A stretch of 63,968 nt of DNA, filler included, from Craspedostauros australis (Eukaryota): NCBI GenBank assembly GCA_030167865.1. It is 5 parts of 5 records of this genome, joined end to end, with 100 filler letters (N's around TTAATTAATTAA, not from the genome) between each part and the next. Parts side by side here need not be neighbours in the genome. Positions count along the whole stretch, not along the records: positions 1 to 21,018 come from JALAGF010000835.1; positions 21,119 to 47,646 come from JALAGF010000840.1; 3 more parts are not named here. One strand, written 5' to 3'. Shown here one piece after another: positions 12,014-24,060 of the stretch (position 1 is its first letter; each line of letters begins with the position of its first letter). The notes below the pieces were generated by a model. It saw only the letters and a list, made by a program, of their open reading frames with translations, was not told where the DNA came from and did not search any database. The position numbers and the translations under genes are program-made.

Positions 12014-15000
12014 ATGTCGAGATCGCAGTACTTCCTCAACAAAACCAAAGGGAGGTTTCGATCCAAGCATCACCATCAGGAAGGGGATGGGCATGCCAAC
12101 GATGACGCGGAACATTCTGGCAACAACAGCAATGAGCAGCATGCACTGGCTGCAGGGGCCAACGCCCGAGCAGATCACGGGCTTCCCAGTATTCAACCAA
12201 CCGCAAGCAAAACTGTAACAGGGAACAGAGGTGGCCAAGTGGCGATCCAACGCGATTCGCAACGATCCAAGGGACGAGGATTGGAGCCAGGCGGGTGGCA
12301 GCAGTCACCTTCTCCGTCTGCAAGGAGCAGCAGCAGCAACACCAAAAAGAAGAGCAAGCAAAAGAGAACTTTATCATTGGACAACGTCAAATCAGCACAG
12401 CCAAAGGACGCATCACGTAGCTTGTATCACGCAGCAGTCGCAGGCAAATCATCAGGTGTGCAGAGCAGCCGAGGTCACAACAAGCGTCGCCAGCAACAGC
12501 AACTACAGCAGCAGCACAGTCGACGACCGCTGCCCGATCCCAGAGCGCACTCAGCTCATTCTTCGCAGCATGGTGGAGCGGAAGTCAGTCTTCCGACATC
12601 GCCATCTTCCTTCTCTCAACGCAGTGGGCCCATCCCGATCGATTTAGAGTCGGGCCATCAAAGTTCGCTGCTCTTCAATGATCGCTCGCGGTTTGCTTTG
12701 CAGAGACGCTCCTCCTTCCACAACGCGGGAGAAGACGAGGATGAGAGGCTGGGATCTTCATTGTTGTTTCAGCCCAAGCAGGAGAAGCCATTGGTGGATG
12801 TCGATGGCATGGCAAGCACGTTATCCACTATGAGCCTGTCGCAGAGACTGCAAATCCCTGCGTACATCCTTTCAGATGTCACGAGCTTGCTTCACGTGCC
12901 TTACGAAGCGAATTCTCTTGGTCTACCGGAAGAGGCACCGCCTGCGGCTACTGGAGAACCTGATTTCCGAACGGAACCAAACGAAGCCACGCCGAAGCAC
13001 ATCGAAGTGAAGGAGAATCAACCGCCCAGGATTCCAAATCGCTCTGCTGCCAAATCCGGTTTGAGGAGCGGAAAGCACATGTCTGATTTGCAACCACTAT
13101 CGGACGACGAATCGCACGGCAGCCCGAGGGGGAACAAGCGTGCTCAGACGAACAGAAGTGACCAACGCCACCGCCACGCCAGGAACGACAACGATGCTGA
13201 TGCGGATGATGATATGGACGATAAATCGCTTGTGTCAGCTCTGGATATGACCGCGGACGCCAGCTTCTCGGTGGGGAGTTCACGTCCAGCACGTGTGCAC
13301 GTCTACCGAGATGGTCACGTGGAGATCAAACCAAAATTAACGATACAGACGCAGCAGCCGGCGCAGACACGACGCCGGCAAAAGCGTGCGTCCAGGCCGA
13401 CCAATGTCATTGTGTCCAATTTGCCATCCCCGTCCAGGATGGGCAACAATTTGGATCAGATCATCACGGATCTGACAGATTCCCTCGCCTCGCCCGGCAA
13501 CCAATCACGTCTCACGCACCTTGGCATTGAGCAGACGCATTCCGAATCCTTGCTACAAGCGAAGCGCAGTCCAAGCAACAATGGCAAGAAGGGTCGTGGC
13601 AGTCCCTCGAAGGGTGGATCCCGGCATGCCAGACCCAAAACGCCATCCAGAAGAACGCAGCGTGGGCCACACGTGCCGAACCGGTTGGATGAAGGAGACA
13701 TCCCATTGCAGACGAAGGCAAATTCAAGCAAGATTCTCGAGAAGAACCTGGACATTCTGCCCGAAAACGAAGAGGCGCACTTCTCTGGCAAACCTGCGCA
13801 CCATCCCAAGCCCAAGAAAATGAGAGGGCCGCAGCCTGTGGTGGAAAGAGTGGCCAAGCTCACGACCGTTCAAGCCACGGACAATCCCCGCAAGCACTTC
13901 CAAACGGTGTCGCCAACCGGCCTCCGATCGAAGCCTACTTTGATTTCTCTGTCCGTGTCATCGTCCGGTTCGTTGCCACTACCTCCGTCACCTCAAAACG
14001 AGCAGCCACAGCACAAGATGCAAAAGCTGGCGCCACCATCGCAAAAACTTCAGCGTAAGCCGGTACCTCAGCAGTCTGCACCAAAGCCGCGGCCAAAGGT
14101 AACGCCAGTGCCAACCACAGCTCCACGTCCGGCTCAGGCTCCGGTCCCAACCCAAGCCTCACTGCCAATACCTTTGTCAATGTCCGTGCCGACTCTTCCA
14201 TCACCACAGCAACACCAGCAAGCTCGTCGATCAACGCTCGAAACACAATCTTCGCATGCTAAAGGCGCGCTGATCGACGCCATGCCGTCAGAGAAGTCGG
14301 ACAAGGAAGACAGCGACACCAGCCGCTCTCAGAGGCAGGCGTACGGACCAACAACGTCATTTGACCTCCTCGGCAACTATCAGAAGCAACGTGACTCTCT
14401 GTCGGTGTCTGCCTCCGACGTGTCCACACGCATTTCAGGTGTCGGATCTGGGACTGCCCGCGAACCCATCGAAGTGCAGAACGTGCCAGCGAGTGAAGCT
14501 GCCGAGCACCAACCGCATAGATCCATTGAGCCGCCGGCGGGCACTGGTGGCGGAGATCTCGACGACGATTTCGAGGCGATCATACGCCCAGACCCTCCAG
14601 CCTTCATTGTGGGCAGCTACAGTCTGGATGCCACCGCCACCACCGTCACGGCGGCTAGGTATCGAATCGAAGACCCTATTTTCCTTGATGATTCCACCAG
14701 GGATCCTTCGAATATCGATTCCAGCCGACGCAGCCACGTGGCTGCCATCGGGTTCCGTGGTATGGATGCATCATCGCATGCTCAGCACCTACTAAACAAT
14801 AACAGTGCCCATCACGAGTCGGGGCCACACCAACGACTTCTCTCTGCCCCGATGCACCAGCAAAGCGTCGGACCGCGCGTCCTTGGACGCAACATGTTCC
14901 ACGATGACGAGCTCGATCGAGACCGTGATGGACACCTGTACGACCATGGTCCATTGACAATGCAGATGAACCAGACGATGCAAAGGAAGCCGCAGCTCCA

Positions 15001-15733
15001 GCCGCCTGCGTATTCGCCAACCTTGGAGCACAGCGCGCGACTCATGCTCGATCCATCGGCCGACATCGCAGCTCCGAATGAGAATGATCTAGACGGTTGG
15101 CTTGAAACCGCAATGCTCAGCAACGAACAGAGCCAGCAGTCGTCTGGCCAGTACGAACGGGAAGAACGCGATGATCGTTCGCCCGTGCATCACGCTCAGC
15201 ATTATAATGATCATCAGCTGCAGCAGCATCAACAGCAGCATCAACAGCAAGAGCATCAACAGCAAGAGCATCAAAGGCATGACCACGATCATCTAGATGT
15301 GCCGTACTCGCCAAGCTCGCAGCAAAACGGGGAGCTGATCTCCGCAGACCACCGTCAGATGATCAAGTCAGGACGATATCATCACTCGGTAGCATCATCA
15401 GCTGCGGCATTGCGCGTGGGCTTCGTCCACGCGAACATGCCCCTAGGGATGGTAGAACGCGCGCAGGATGATGACCGCATTGCGCCACCGAACTCGGATG
15501 GCACGTCGGAGAGCACGTCAGGTGGCGGCTCCATGGCAGCGACAACGCACACCATGATGGAGACGGTCGGCGGTGTGGACAGCGAGACGATTCCCAGCCG
15601 TTGTTGGACCGTTGATAGCCGGGGCAAGCTGTTTGAAAGTGAGGACGAAGACGATGAGAAGACCCGTGCCATGCAGCAGGCCGAGGACGAGGCTCTGGTG
15701 GATTGGTTGGAGGATGTGATCAGCGCCCGTTGA
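12014..15733 (+). CDS. Large intrinsically disordered Ser/Gln/Pro/His-rich hypothetical protein
   Basis: Open frame of more than 4 kb; likely start MSRSQYFL at 12014. No recognisable domain apart from two short motifs, LDGWLETAM and LVDWLEDVI. Confidence 0.75.
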   Translation: MSRSQYFLNKTKGRFRSKHHHQEGDGHANDDAEHSGNNSNEQHALAAGANARADHGLPSIQPTASKTVTGNRGGQVAIQRDSQRSKGRGLEPGGWQQSPSPSARSSSSNTKKKSKQKRTLSLDNVKSAQPKDASRSLYHAAVAGKSSGVQSSRGHNKRRQQQQLQQQHSRRPLPDPRAHSAHSSQHGGAEVSLPTSPSSFSQRSGPIPIDLESGHQSSLLFNDRSRFALQRRSSFHNAGEDEDERLGSSLLFQPKQEKPLVDVDGMASTLSTMSLSQRLQIPAYILSDVTSLLHVPYEANSLGLPEEAPPAATGEPDFRTEPNEATPKHIEVKENQPPRIPNRSAAKSGLRSGKHMSDLQPLSDDESHGSPRGNKRAQTNRSDQRHRHARNDNDADADDDMDDKSLVSALDMTADASFSVGSSRPARVHVYRDGHVEIKPKLTIQTQQPAQTRRRQKRASRPTNVIVSNLPSPSRMGNNLDQIITDLTDSLASPGNQSRLTHLGIEQTHSESLLQAKRSPSNNGKKGRGSPSKGGSRHARPKTPSRRTQRGPHVPNRLDEGDIPLQTKANSSKILEKNLDILPENEEAHFSGKPAHHPKPKKMRGPQPVVERVAKLTTVQATDNPRKHFQTVSPTGLRSKPTLISLSVSSSGSLPLPPSPQNEQPQHKMQKLAPPSQKLQRKPVPQQSAPKPRPKVTPVPTTAPRPAQAPVPTQASLPIPLSMSVPTLPSPQQHQQARRSTLETQSSHAKGALIDAMPSEKSDKEDSDTSRSQRQAYGPTTSFDLLGNYQKQRDSLSVSASDVSTRISGVGSGTAREPIEVQNVPASEAAEHQPHRSIEPPAGTGGGDLDDDFEAIIRPDPPAFIVGSYSLDATATTVTAARYRIEDPIFLDDSTRDPSNIDSSRRSHVAAIGFRGMDASSHAQHLLNNNSAHHESGPHQRLLSAPMHQQSVGPRVLGRNMFHDDELDRDRDGHLYDHGPLTMQMNQTMQRKPQLQPPAYSPTLEHSARLMLDPSADIAAPNENDLDGWLETAMLSNEQSQQSSGQYEREERDDRSPVHHAQHYNDHQLQQHQQQHQQQEHQQQEHQRHDHDHLDVPYSPSSQQNGELISADHRQMIKSGRYHHSVASSAAALRVGFVHANMPLGMVERAQDDDRIAPPNSDGTSESTSGGGSMAATTHTMMETVGGVDSETIPSRCWTVDSRGKLFESEDEDDEKTRAMQQAEDEALVDWLEDVISAR

Positions 15734-15998
15734 AGACGTGGCAAGGGACAGTACTCTTCTGTATTATTTGTACTTGTAATGGCTGTAGCAGTCGTGCAGC
15801 GTAGTATCAGCATTCTATTATACTTTCATTAATCTCAAAACTAGTCTGCAGCTGTGTGTGTGTGTGTGCGCGCGCGCCCATCCACGTGGATGGAACAAGC
15901 GATGGCATTCCATTGTATTGCTGTGGTCGCATCCGTGAATCAACCAAGCAAGTCAACAAGTCAGCAAGGAAACAACCGTTCATGCATCCACTAATGGG

Positions 15999-17840
15999 TC
16001 AATGCTTCCAGCCCTTGAGGTGTCCATCCTCCATTTGGGGTTCCAGAAATCCTCTGAACTGCATTCGGTACTCCTTGCTTGTACCAGTAGTAGTACCTTG
16101 GTTTGCTTTTGATGCAGTGCTGCTGTTGTCAGCTCCGCCATCGTCATCGTCATCTTTGATCTTCGTGAACTTCCATCTGGCACCATACCCTGACGACACG
16201 CGCAGTTCGAGGACGGGCTCCTCCTCCTGACACCCTCCAAAGGTATGTATGTTCATCCACACCGCCGTGCGCAGCATCGTTCGCAGAATCTCCTGCGCCT
16301 CTCTATTCTGCCGTTCCTGCGTGCCTTTCGCGACGCCAAAGAATTGCTCCGATCCTCGATGCGCATGCTTGGCCCTTGCCCGCGCTGCCAAGCTCAAAGT
16401 TTGTCGTGGGTGATGCGGTTGCGCTGCAGCATCCAGCAGCTCCTGTGGATGTGGTGGCAGGAAGGGCATGACGTGGTTGGGTAGGAATACCTTGTCGTTG
16501 GATTCTTCTTGCACGTCGTCGTCATTGTCAGTGTCATTGTCAGCGTCGGGTGGAAATCTGGTAGCCGTTCCGACAGTTTTCCGATGTCCCAGCAATCGCA
16601 GCACTCCTGCATCACCGGCATCATGCAACCAGGCCGCGATTTCTTTGGGCGACGATGGTGGCGGGAATGGCAGTTTGGGAAGCTGTTCGTCGGGAACCTC
16701 CTCGAAGCCAAGATCCGTGGCCGGCATCAGGAGCGGGTGCGATGGCATGTTGTGATCGAGACTTGATGTGGGACGCACGTTCTTGATTCGGGTCGACAAA
16801 TGCGGGGTCCAGGACACGGTGGATGATGATGCGGATGGCAGGGTTGACGGAGTCGCTGTGGAGGAGATCGGGCAAAACCAGTTCTGACACCACCATGGTT
16901 GCTGTTTGATCCGTTCCTGTCTGTGGCCAAAGTAGTGAAACGTAGATCGCTTCGGCAGTATGGGCGTAGGAGATGATGACGATGTCGCTGCATGACTGCG
17001 TTCCGAAGCTAGTGTTCGGTGCAAACTCTGCTGCTGTCGTTGTCGTTGCTGCTGCTGGAGCTCTGCCTGCACATGAGCATTCCAATCGAAGAGTCTTCGC
17101 GCAATCTCCTTGCAGAATGGTCTCTCGGGATACCCTTGAAGGATGAACTCATTCTCTCCTTCCATAGACATTCGGAAAGAACTTTGCGTGTGCTTGCTGT
17201 CGATCTTGCTGTCGAGCTTGCTGTCGTCACAAGCATAGGTTCCTGCTTCATTCTGCTGCAGCTGCAACTGCTCGAGATCATCTTCACACAGCAGAGCACG
17301 ACGCAAAGGAGCGGACAATGGGACACAACTTGAATTGGTATTCGTTCTGATACCTGCGTTAGGTAGACAGCAGTTCGTCGATCCTGAGCCGTTAGGCACC
17401 GACAGGGCCTTCTTGACTGCGCGCGCCCATTCCTTCACGGCCTGCCGACCCCGCGCCGGTGCTACTGTGGAGCTGCGCATCTTGGGTGTGGTGGATACGT
17501 TGGTTGTGTCGCCAGTGCTGGTCATGCAAGATATGCCCAAGATGTTCGCGCTTTCCGACAATGATGCTGAATCTGAATTCGACACCCAAGTTGCTGTTGC
17601 GAGTTTGTGAGAATGAGAGGAAGGGGGATGCTTTGTTCTGAGATCCGTATCTGTTCTGGGGGCAGAAGGAATCGACAAAGTGGAGATGGAATCACAATGA
17701 GACAGGCCACGGAAGGGAGCGGCGTTGTGCCATGCTGCTGCTGCAGGTACTCGTGCTGACGAGAATGACGAGAATGACAGGAATGGCAAGGCCGAAGCTG
17801 ATGCAAGAAGGAAGAAGCGCCAAGGTACTCGTAAGACCAT
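15999..17840 (-). CDS. Homolog of plant ASCH-domain-associated proteins: conserved C-terminal domain present, no recognisable ASCH domain
   Basis: C-terminal ARARAKHAHR...FFG...WMNIH...ELRVSSGYGARW...FRGFLEPQMEDGHLKGWKH, and an N-terminal block RALLCEDD...GYPERPFCKEIARRL, both recalled from that plant family. Signal-like start MVLRVPWRFFLLAS; start codon uncertain. Confidence 0.7.
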   Translation of the reverse strand: MVLRVPWRFFLLASASALPFLSFSSFSSARVPAAAAWHNAAPFRGLSHCDSISTLSIPSAPRTDTDLRTKHPPSSHSHKLATATWVSNSDSASLSESANILGISCMTSTGDTTNVSTTPKMRSSTVAPARGRQAVKEWARAVKKALSVPNGSGSTNCCLPNAGIRTNTNSSCVPLSAPLRRALLCEDDLEQLQLQQNEAGTYACDDSKLDSKIDSKHTQSSFRMSMEGENEFILQGYPERPFCKEIARRLFDWNAHVQAELQQQQRQRQQQSLHRTLASERSHAATSSSSPTPILPKRSTFHYFGHRQERIKQQPWWCQNWFCPISSTATPSTLPSASSSTVSWTPHLSTRIKNVRPTSSLDHNMPSHPLLMPATDLGFEEVPDEQLPKLPFPPPSSPKEIAAWLHDAGDAGVLRLLGHRKTVGTATRFPPDADNDTDNDDDVQEESNDKVFLPNHVMPFLPPHPQELLDAAAQPHHPRQTLSLAARARAKHAHRGSEQFFGVAKGTQERQNREAQEILRTMLRTAVWMNIHTFGGCQEEEPVLELRVSSGYGARWKFTKIKDDDDDGGADNSSTASKANQGTTTGTSKEYRMQFRGFLEPQMEDGHLKGWKH

Positions 17841-20533
17841 ACAGTACAACTCGTATTCGTAGCATGCGGCGCAGTCGGATTTGATCAATCTTCGTTCTGC
17901 CACGTCGCGGTCCAAAGTTGTCGTGTTCTGTCCGGTCCTGTCACTAGCTCCTTTGGATACGAAGTCAGGACGGATATCTATGACGAGCCACTGCGTGTAC
18001 GAGGACAGTTGTGGAGAGGAGAAGAGAGAGGGGGTGGCATTGGGAAGTGTCGCTGTCTACTTTTCGTGTTGCCAAGGGAGCCATCACTTCTTGTTTGTTG
18101 TTTGTTGTTTGTTGGTGGTTGGTGGTTAGTTGATGCGGATCTTTCCTTTTGTTCTTTCTGTCGGTTTTGGCGCCACTGCTCTGTCAAGAATAGAGATATG
18201 CAGTCGACGTAGTCGATTCATGTGTCAAAGAAGCACATCCACCAAATCATGACTTGTCGGATGTGCTTGTTGGCGGTTTCTTTGCGTCTCCGAATCGATG
18301 TTTGGAGTTCGTTCTGGACGCGCGATTTTGGCCCTGGTTCGTCGACGCGTACCATTTCTCACAGGGACAAGAGGGCAGCGCTGAGGCACAACAGCACAAG
18401 ATGGCGCCACCGAGAAGTTTTCTCATTTGTGATGTCTCGTGATTCAAGTGTCGCCTTTCGCAAAGACTGGCGCCGTCATCTATCATGACAGATCCCACCA
18501 CCAACCAAACTGTATTTGACACGTACTACCGAGCTTCGGATTGGGATTGTTCCTGTTCCTGTTTGCAGAGCAAATCTCACGGGGAACGAGGTTGTTCTTG
18601 ATCGTGACCCATGATTTCTTCCTCTTGTTTCGTTTCATTCCCCTTCTCTTCCTTTGCCCGTGGCGCGCTGAGCATTCAGTGTATCCGAGGCCTTGTGGAG
18701 CTGTGACTGTTTCGGTCGATGGTCATCTCATGAGTGGTCGAAGCGGTTCTGTTGGAGCGCGACGCGATGCATTTGATGTGATGACGATTGGTCTCTCTCG
18801 GCCGGTGGAGCAGATCGTATTCTGCCAATGTCGACACACAGGTCGCCAGTTCCCAAACCTCGAGAGCGTGAGAACAGCAAAGTCAGGAACATCGTGGAGT
18901 GTCTAACTGCAACGGCAGAGCAAATCAAAGTGCAAACCGGCGAGAGAGTTCACATGCAGGATGGGCTTCATGGGGCGGCGTCAGCAATACTCCGCAACAT
19001 CGCACCCGTCGCTCTTCCTCACACAGGCTCAGCAACTCGTAGGTGAGCTTGTTGATCTTTGTGTGACTCATTTTGCCGATCATTCTCGATGATGGCCCAA
19101 GGCTGACGGCTTACGAGCACTAGTGGCTACTATTGCATATCATAGAATAGTTGGAGCACCCATTGTAGGAGCTACGACTATGATAGTTCGTCGGAGGACT
19201 GCAACGACCACCAGAGGCGTTTCAGATAAGCAGGCCCGCAAGGACGAAGTTGGCGTGCCTTGGTGGTGGCAACAGCCGCAATTTCATCCAAGAGTGTTCC
19301 TCCAACATGTCGGTAGCATCTGAAGGCGGAGGTGCAGCGGTATCTTGGCCATGCAATCGCAGTAGGTAGCATTCCACCTCTTGTGGCAACAGCGACAAGT
19401 TGAGACCGAAGACTGAGAGGTACAACACCAATACAACGTCGACTTTTGGTGCCGCATCCCTCCCATCTAGAACACGAGCATGTTGAGGAGGGACTTGTAC
19501 GGAGTGAACGAGACATCACACGAGGAGTTGCACATGGGAGCATTGGAACTTGGGCGAACAGCAATCGGAACTGCAGGGTTGATCTTCACCCACCAGCGCT
19601 TCGATTGGTTCGAAACGCCGACCACCCCCACATTCACGATCCAAAAACATGTGTCAAGGGGCTGCACTGTAAGACGAAGTGCCAGAGATACGGAAAACAA
19701 CTTCGCAGCCACGACGCTGTGTTCTCCGCTTGTCGCCTTTTGTGTTTTCCACAACAGTCAAAGGAAGTATAATTGGGTACGAGTAATGATCACGACAACA
19801 TTTAACTTCTTCCCTTCCATTTGTGCCAATGTCATTGTCCGCACCGGTCGACATCGTCATCTAAAGACTGATCTTTTGGGACAGAGAGATAGAGTACTCT
19901 TTTGTATGCAGAGGTACTGGCAATAGTGTTTGTGGTAGTGGCAGCGGTGGTGCATACACAAGTTCTCCAGAAGGTGGCATCGAGAGAGTCAGCCGCCCAG
20001 CAGCTTGTTCGGTGAAAACCGAAGCCAAAGAGAGAGAGAGAGAGGACGAGAGATCTTGGCACCCTTGGCTTCAAACCTGGTCGCGCTATGCTCCAGAGAG
20101 AGTGTAGAGCAGATCAGAGTAAAGAACATGTCGATGGCGCGACACCATGACGGCGGAACAGATTGTCTTGTGTGCATTGTACGCTCGCGCTGTTTCTGCG
20201 CGGTTCGGAGGATTTGTTTGGCGCGTTGGTTGCCCTTGATCTTATCGCCTGTCTCGCTGAATCTCGTGTCGACGTGTTGAAACACATCGACCGCGCAACC
20301 ACCCAACCCACCAACTGGCCAAGGACAAACCAGAGCACAAGCGCTGGCCATCACCGTTTCTACAGCGCAAGAAACGGAGCCATGGTGTCCGTATGACCCC
20401 ATTCAGGATACGATAGTATAATCGTGCCGATTTTTAATTTGAGGACTAACATCATCCTATTATGTTGTAGAGGGTATATGAGTGGATTAATAGACTCCTG
20501 GTCCTTATATTTAAAAAGTTTATATTTTTCGCA

Positions 20534-21016
20534 TTAGTCTACAACTAGAAACGTTTGGCATGCGGACGTCAACGGGCACATGGAGTTAGCAATCGCCAGT
20601 CGTGCTTCAGGTTGATTTCCAGTCGTGTCCATCATCGACACGCTCACATTTCGCGATGGTGAGGCGGTTAGGTGCGAAGAAATGTTGAGGATTGTGAAGT
20701 GGTGGCAGGCATGCTGAGGCCAATGCTTCGTTCCGGCTGCAGATCAGGCATCACAATCCAGAGTTGTGGGTTGGTGGGTAATCCAGATCTTGATGCCCAG
20801 CTTGACTTTCACACTGCCTTGTTCTCTGTTCTGCTGCTGTCCTTGGCCATCGTTGGCTTCTGGCCGTTGTTCATCTGCTTTGCTCTTGGCTTCTTGTTTT
20901 GGTGTCAATCACTTAATTCTTCCGAATCGAACTCAGTTTCGTGTGCTTTCCTGTTTCCAAACAAGTGTGATTTTCTTGTTCTCGACGTATTTCACGTTTT
21001 GGACCAGAACAAAGGC
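20534..21016 (-). pseudogene. Possible decayed ORF (TE-like remnant) at contig end
   Basis: One frame reads about 160 codons (AFVLVQNVKYVENKK...CQTFLVVD) broken only by three TGA codons, consistent with CGA>TGA decay. An AT-rich tract follows. No domain recognised. Confidence 0.25.
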
Positions 21017-21018
21017 CT

Positions 21019-21118
21019 NNNNNNNNNNNNNNNNNNNNNNNNNNNNNNNNNNNNNNNNNNNNTTAATTAATTAANNNNNNNNNNNNNNNNNNNNNNNNNN
21101 NNNNNNNNNNNNNNNNNN
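21019..21118. other. Artificial contig linker N44-TTAATTAATTAA-N44
   Basis: Six-frame stop linker, identical at four sites in the window. Confidence 0.98.
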
Positions 21119-23411
21119 CACATGCTAACGTGTAATTAACGTGTACCAAACGACTGAGACCTTCGGAAGCAAGTTCGTGACTGATCACCAGACGATAAAT
21201 ACATGAGAACATCATCGAACCTTCGGCAGAAACAAACGAATTTTGTGCTGTTGGATTCACGCGACTAGACTAAACACATTGATTGATCCATAAAACTTAA
21301 AATGAAACTAACTACAATCTGAAAGGTTCCATTATACATAAAGAGACTACAAGGATTGCGAATATGTGCTTAGTTTGAAAATCCCAGAAATCCGATTAGA
21401 CTTTTCATTTCAAGGTCTTGATCGACTCACTCGGGGGGCTCCTAGATCCACATCCTCAGATTGGAGACAGCCACTTCGACAAACACCTTGGCGCCATGCT
21501 CGTGTCGTGGTTACGACCACTCGCACCCGACCCGAATCCCACACCTCCACAAACGAATGGAAATACCTCAGCCCTGTGTGCTTGCTTCAACGCCGATACA
21601 GTTCGGATCACGGACATTGTTAACCTCGCAACTTGCCGTTTCTGCCTCACTTTCTCAAATTCAGTTCAACACATCAGAAAGTCCGACACACGTGCCGATC
21701 GGCAAGAGTTGGGATGGGGTGCTTGGTTCTGGCAAGTTGTTGAAACCACCACACAAGAGAAGCCAAACAAGCGAACACCACGGATGCAATGCCACGCAGA
21801 CACCACGATACCGAATTATCGTTCCTGTCCAAACTCGCCATTTCTGGAAACATCAATACCCCATACTCGCGCTTCTTCGGGATTGGACGGTCATTCCGGC
21901 CAAACAGTCATTCCAGTGATCATCTTGATCGATTGAGTCACGAAGGTCAAACTATATAGGGGCTATTCATGTACTTGGCGGAGTTTTCCAATCTTGAATG
22001 GCCTGTCTAAAAGCCTGTCATTGGATGACGTTTGAACCACGTTGATGAATGACGTCACTGTCTTGATGTCTTGTCAATTTCGGTCCGTACGTCGCTCGTA
22101 TCAACAATCTTAGCTTCGTCTAGACGGTTCTCAGCTTTTCATACTATTTCATGTCTACCTTATGTACTAGTCATTATACGAGCTTCCTTCACGTTGCAAC
22201 CATTATCAAACAAGTTAAGGATGGTATCATCGACTCTCCAGAGGACTGAATGCGCGCTCCGCGGTATTGTAGTGCGTCTGCGTCTTTGTCTCGTTGGTGC
22301 CTCTCTGCTGCTCACGATTCTGTTTGGACGAACTCGCAATCATCAGCGCATCTCGCGGTCTCTCTCTCTAGAAAATCCACTAACTTATTCGTTTGTAGTA
22401 GCAGGGACCAAGAAGAAAAGTGACAAACTACTGGTACATAGGTGGCTCACATCTCGTGCGTCTGTGATGATGCAGTCTCGGAACGAATCTCTGCGGGTCA
22501 TGATGCACTGATATTCACGGAAAGTACCGCAGATTTGACCCCGTGCGCTTGCAATCCGTTTCGTAAAATCAATCCAAGAATACGAGTACAAGTGCTTGGC
22601 ATGCTCTGTCCTCCTCGTGACGGAATTGGGAGGGCTTGCGTGTTGAGGTTGATGTTGGCAGCATTCTTCTCCTGGCGTGAGGTTTGTGCCCGGGACGACC
22701 TATTTGATGCCCATGGTCAAAAGGCGGCTCGTGATACCTGTCACGGTCTCATGCCTGATCACACCACCGAGCTTGGTGTTCACCGCAAGGACGGTTCTGA
22801 ATTCATGACCAGCGCCACCACACTCATGGGTAGATTCACCATCAACCAGTCCAACGGTTTCGTTTGCAGGCCACCGGGCGGACGGATTGTAGAGCTGCGT
22901 TCGTCTCTGCTTTGAAGATGGGTATCATGTTGCTGGCATGGTCCGTATCATCTAGTGACGATAACAACGGTCCTTTCCAGTGCAGTAGCCGCCCTGTGGA
23001 AATACTGTAGCCCTGCCTCCTCTCATGGCTGAGTAGTGACGTAGGAATGCACTATCCTCGCCAGATGGAGCTGTGCGCATGCGTGCGCATGTCAAGGCAC
23101 GTTCGTTTGTCCCACGAAAATGGGTGCTACTCGGCAAAGAACGTGGATGAACGCGCTGATTCGTCGAGCACCAGAATCGCCCCTGGGCAGTTCTTTCCCT
23201 GTTTCTTCGCGAGGCCTCTGTCTGTTCCGCGCTCCATCCTCGCATGTATGGTACGTATGGTATGGTACACATCTCCCCTATACATTCATCCCAATGACTT
23301 TCTGTCCTTACCAAACCCAATACTCTGAGATGGAGTGGATAGTATCGGCATTGTGCACATGATATATATATCATCCAGATAGATACCGTTGCCTGGAATG
23401 ATATGGTAGGC

Positions 23412-23461
23412 CATAGCATATCATAGCATAGCATTTCATAGCATATCATAGCATATCATAG
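23412..23461. repeat. (CATAG/CATAT)n pentamer repeat
   Basis: About 10 imperfect copies are directly visible. Confidence 0.85.
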
Positions 23462-23580
23462 TACATCCATCAATTCAACCCATTTCCTTCGCGGTCTCAA
23501 GCACTCGCAGATCGAGAGAGCAGTGATAGTACCAACATTGACATCACGATCGTCGTTGCCGGTTCCTGTGTTTGCCCATC

Positions 23581-23666
23581 GATCACATCCATTCATCACA
23601 TCCATTGACCACATGCCTTCATCACATCCATTGATCACATGCCTTCATCACATCCATTGATCACAT
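23581..23666. repeat. Minisatellite: 13-bp monomers in a 26-bp higher-order unit (CATCACATCCATT-GATCACATGCCTT)
   Basis: About 6.5 monomers are directly visible. Confidence 0.85.
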
Positions 23667-24060
23667 CAGCTCACTCCCTCCATCACAATCATCGATCCCT
23701 TCAGTCCATCAAGTTGGCATGCCTCATGCCCAAAAGGTATTGATTGTGAAGGCAGACATACCACTCGATCCGTGCCTGCATGTCGCTTGATGTGACCAAT
23801 CTGCGCGCCAAGGTGTCCAAAAATCATCTTGCTTTCGTCGCAGACGTTGGCGGTTGCGACAGTGAGTGGTGGTGTTCCTGCTGTTAGTTCAGAAGCCACA
23901 ATCGCAGCCTTTCGGCTGTACGCCTTCGCCAGTGGAGAGTAGAGTAGATCAAAGGTACGAGTAGAGAGGAGCACATTTTTCGCTGGGTGATTCCCCTGAG
24001 AAAGCACCACCAAGAGTAGAATAGTTCACCAGCGTGTGGAAGGTGGTGCCCGAGTCGACC

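Noticed and set aside
18200..20400. Possible spliced gene (ATG 18828, donor-like GTGAGC at 19043)
   Set aside because: Candidate downstream exons hit stops quickly and show no recognisable motif.
21019..21118. TTAATTAATTAA palindrome within N runs, repeated four times
   Set aside because: Synthetic six-frame stop linker between contigs, not biology. ORFs ending in X...LIN are artefacts.
23581..23666. CRISPR-like repeat array
   Set aside because: Head-to-tail minisatellite without unique spacers; no cas genes; eukaryotic context.
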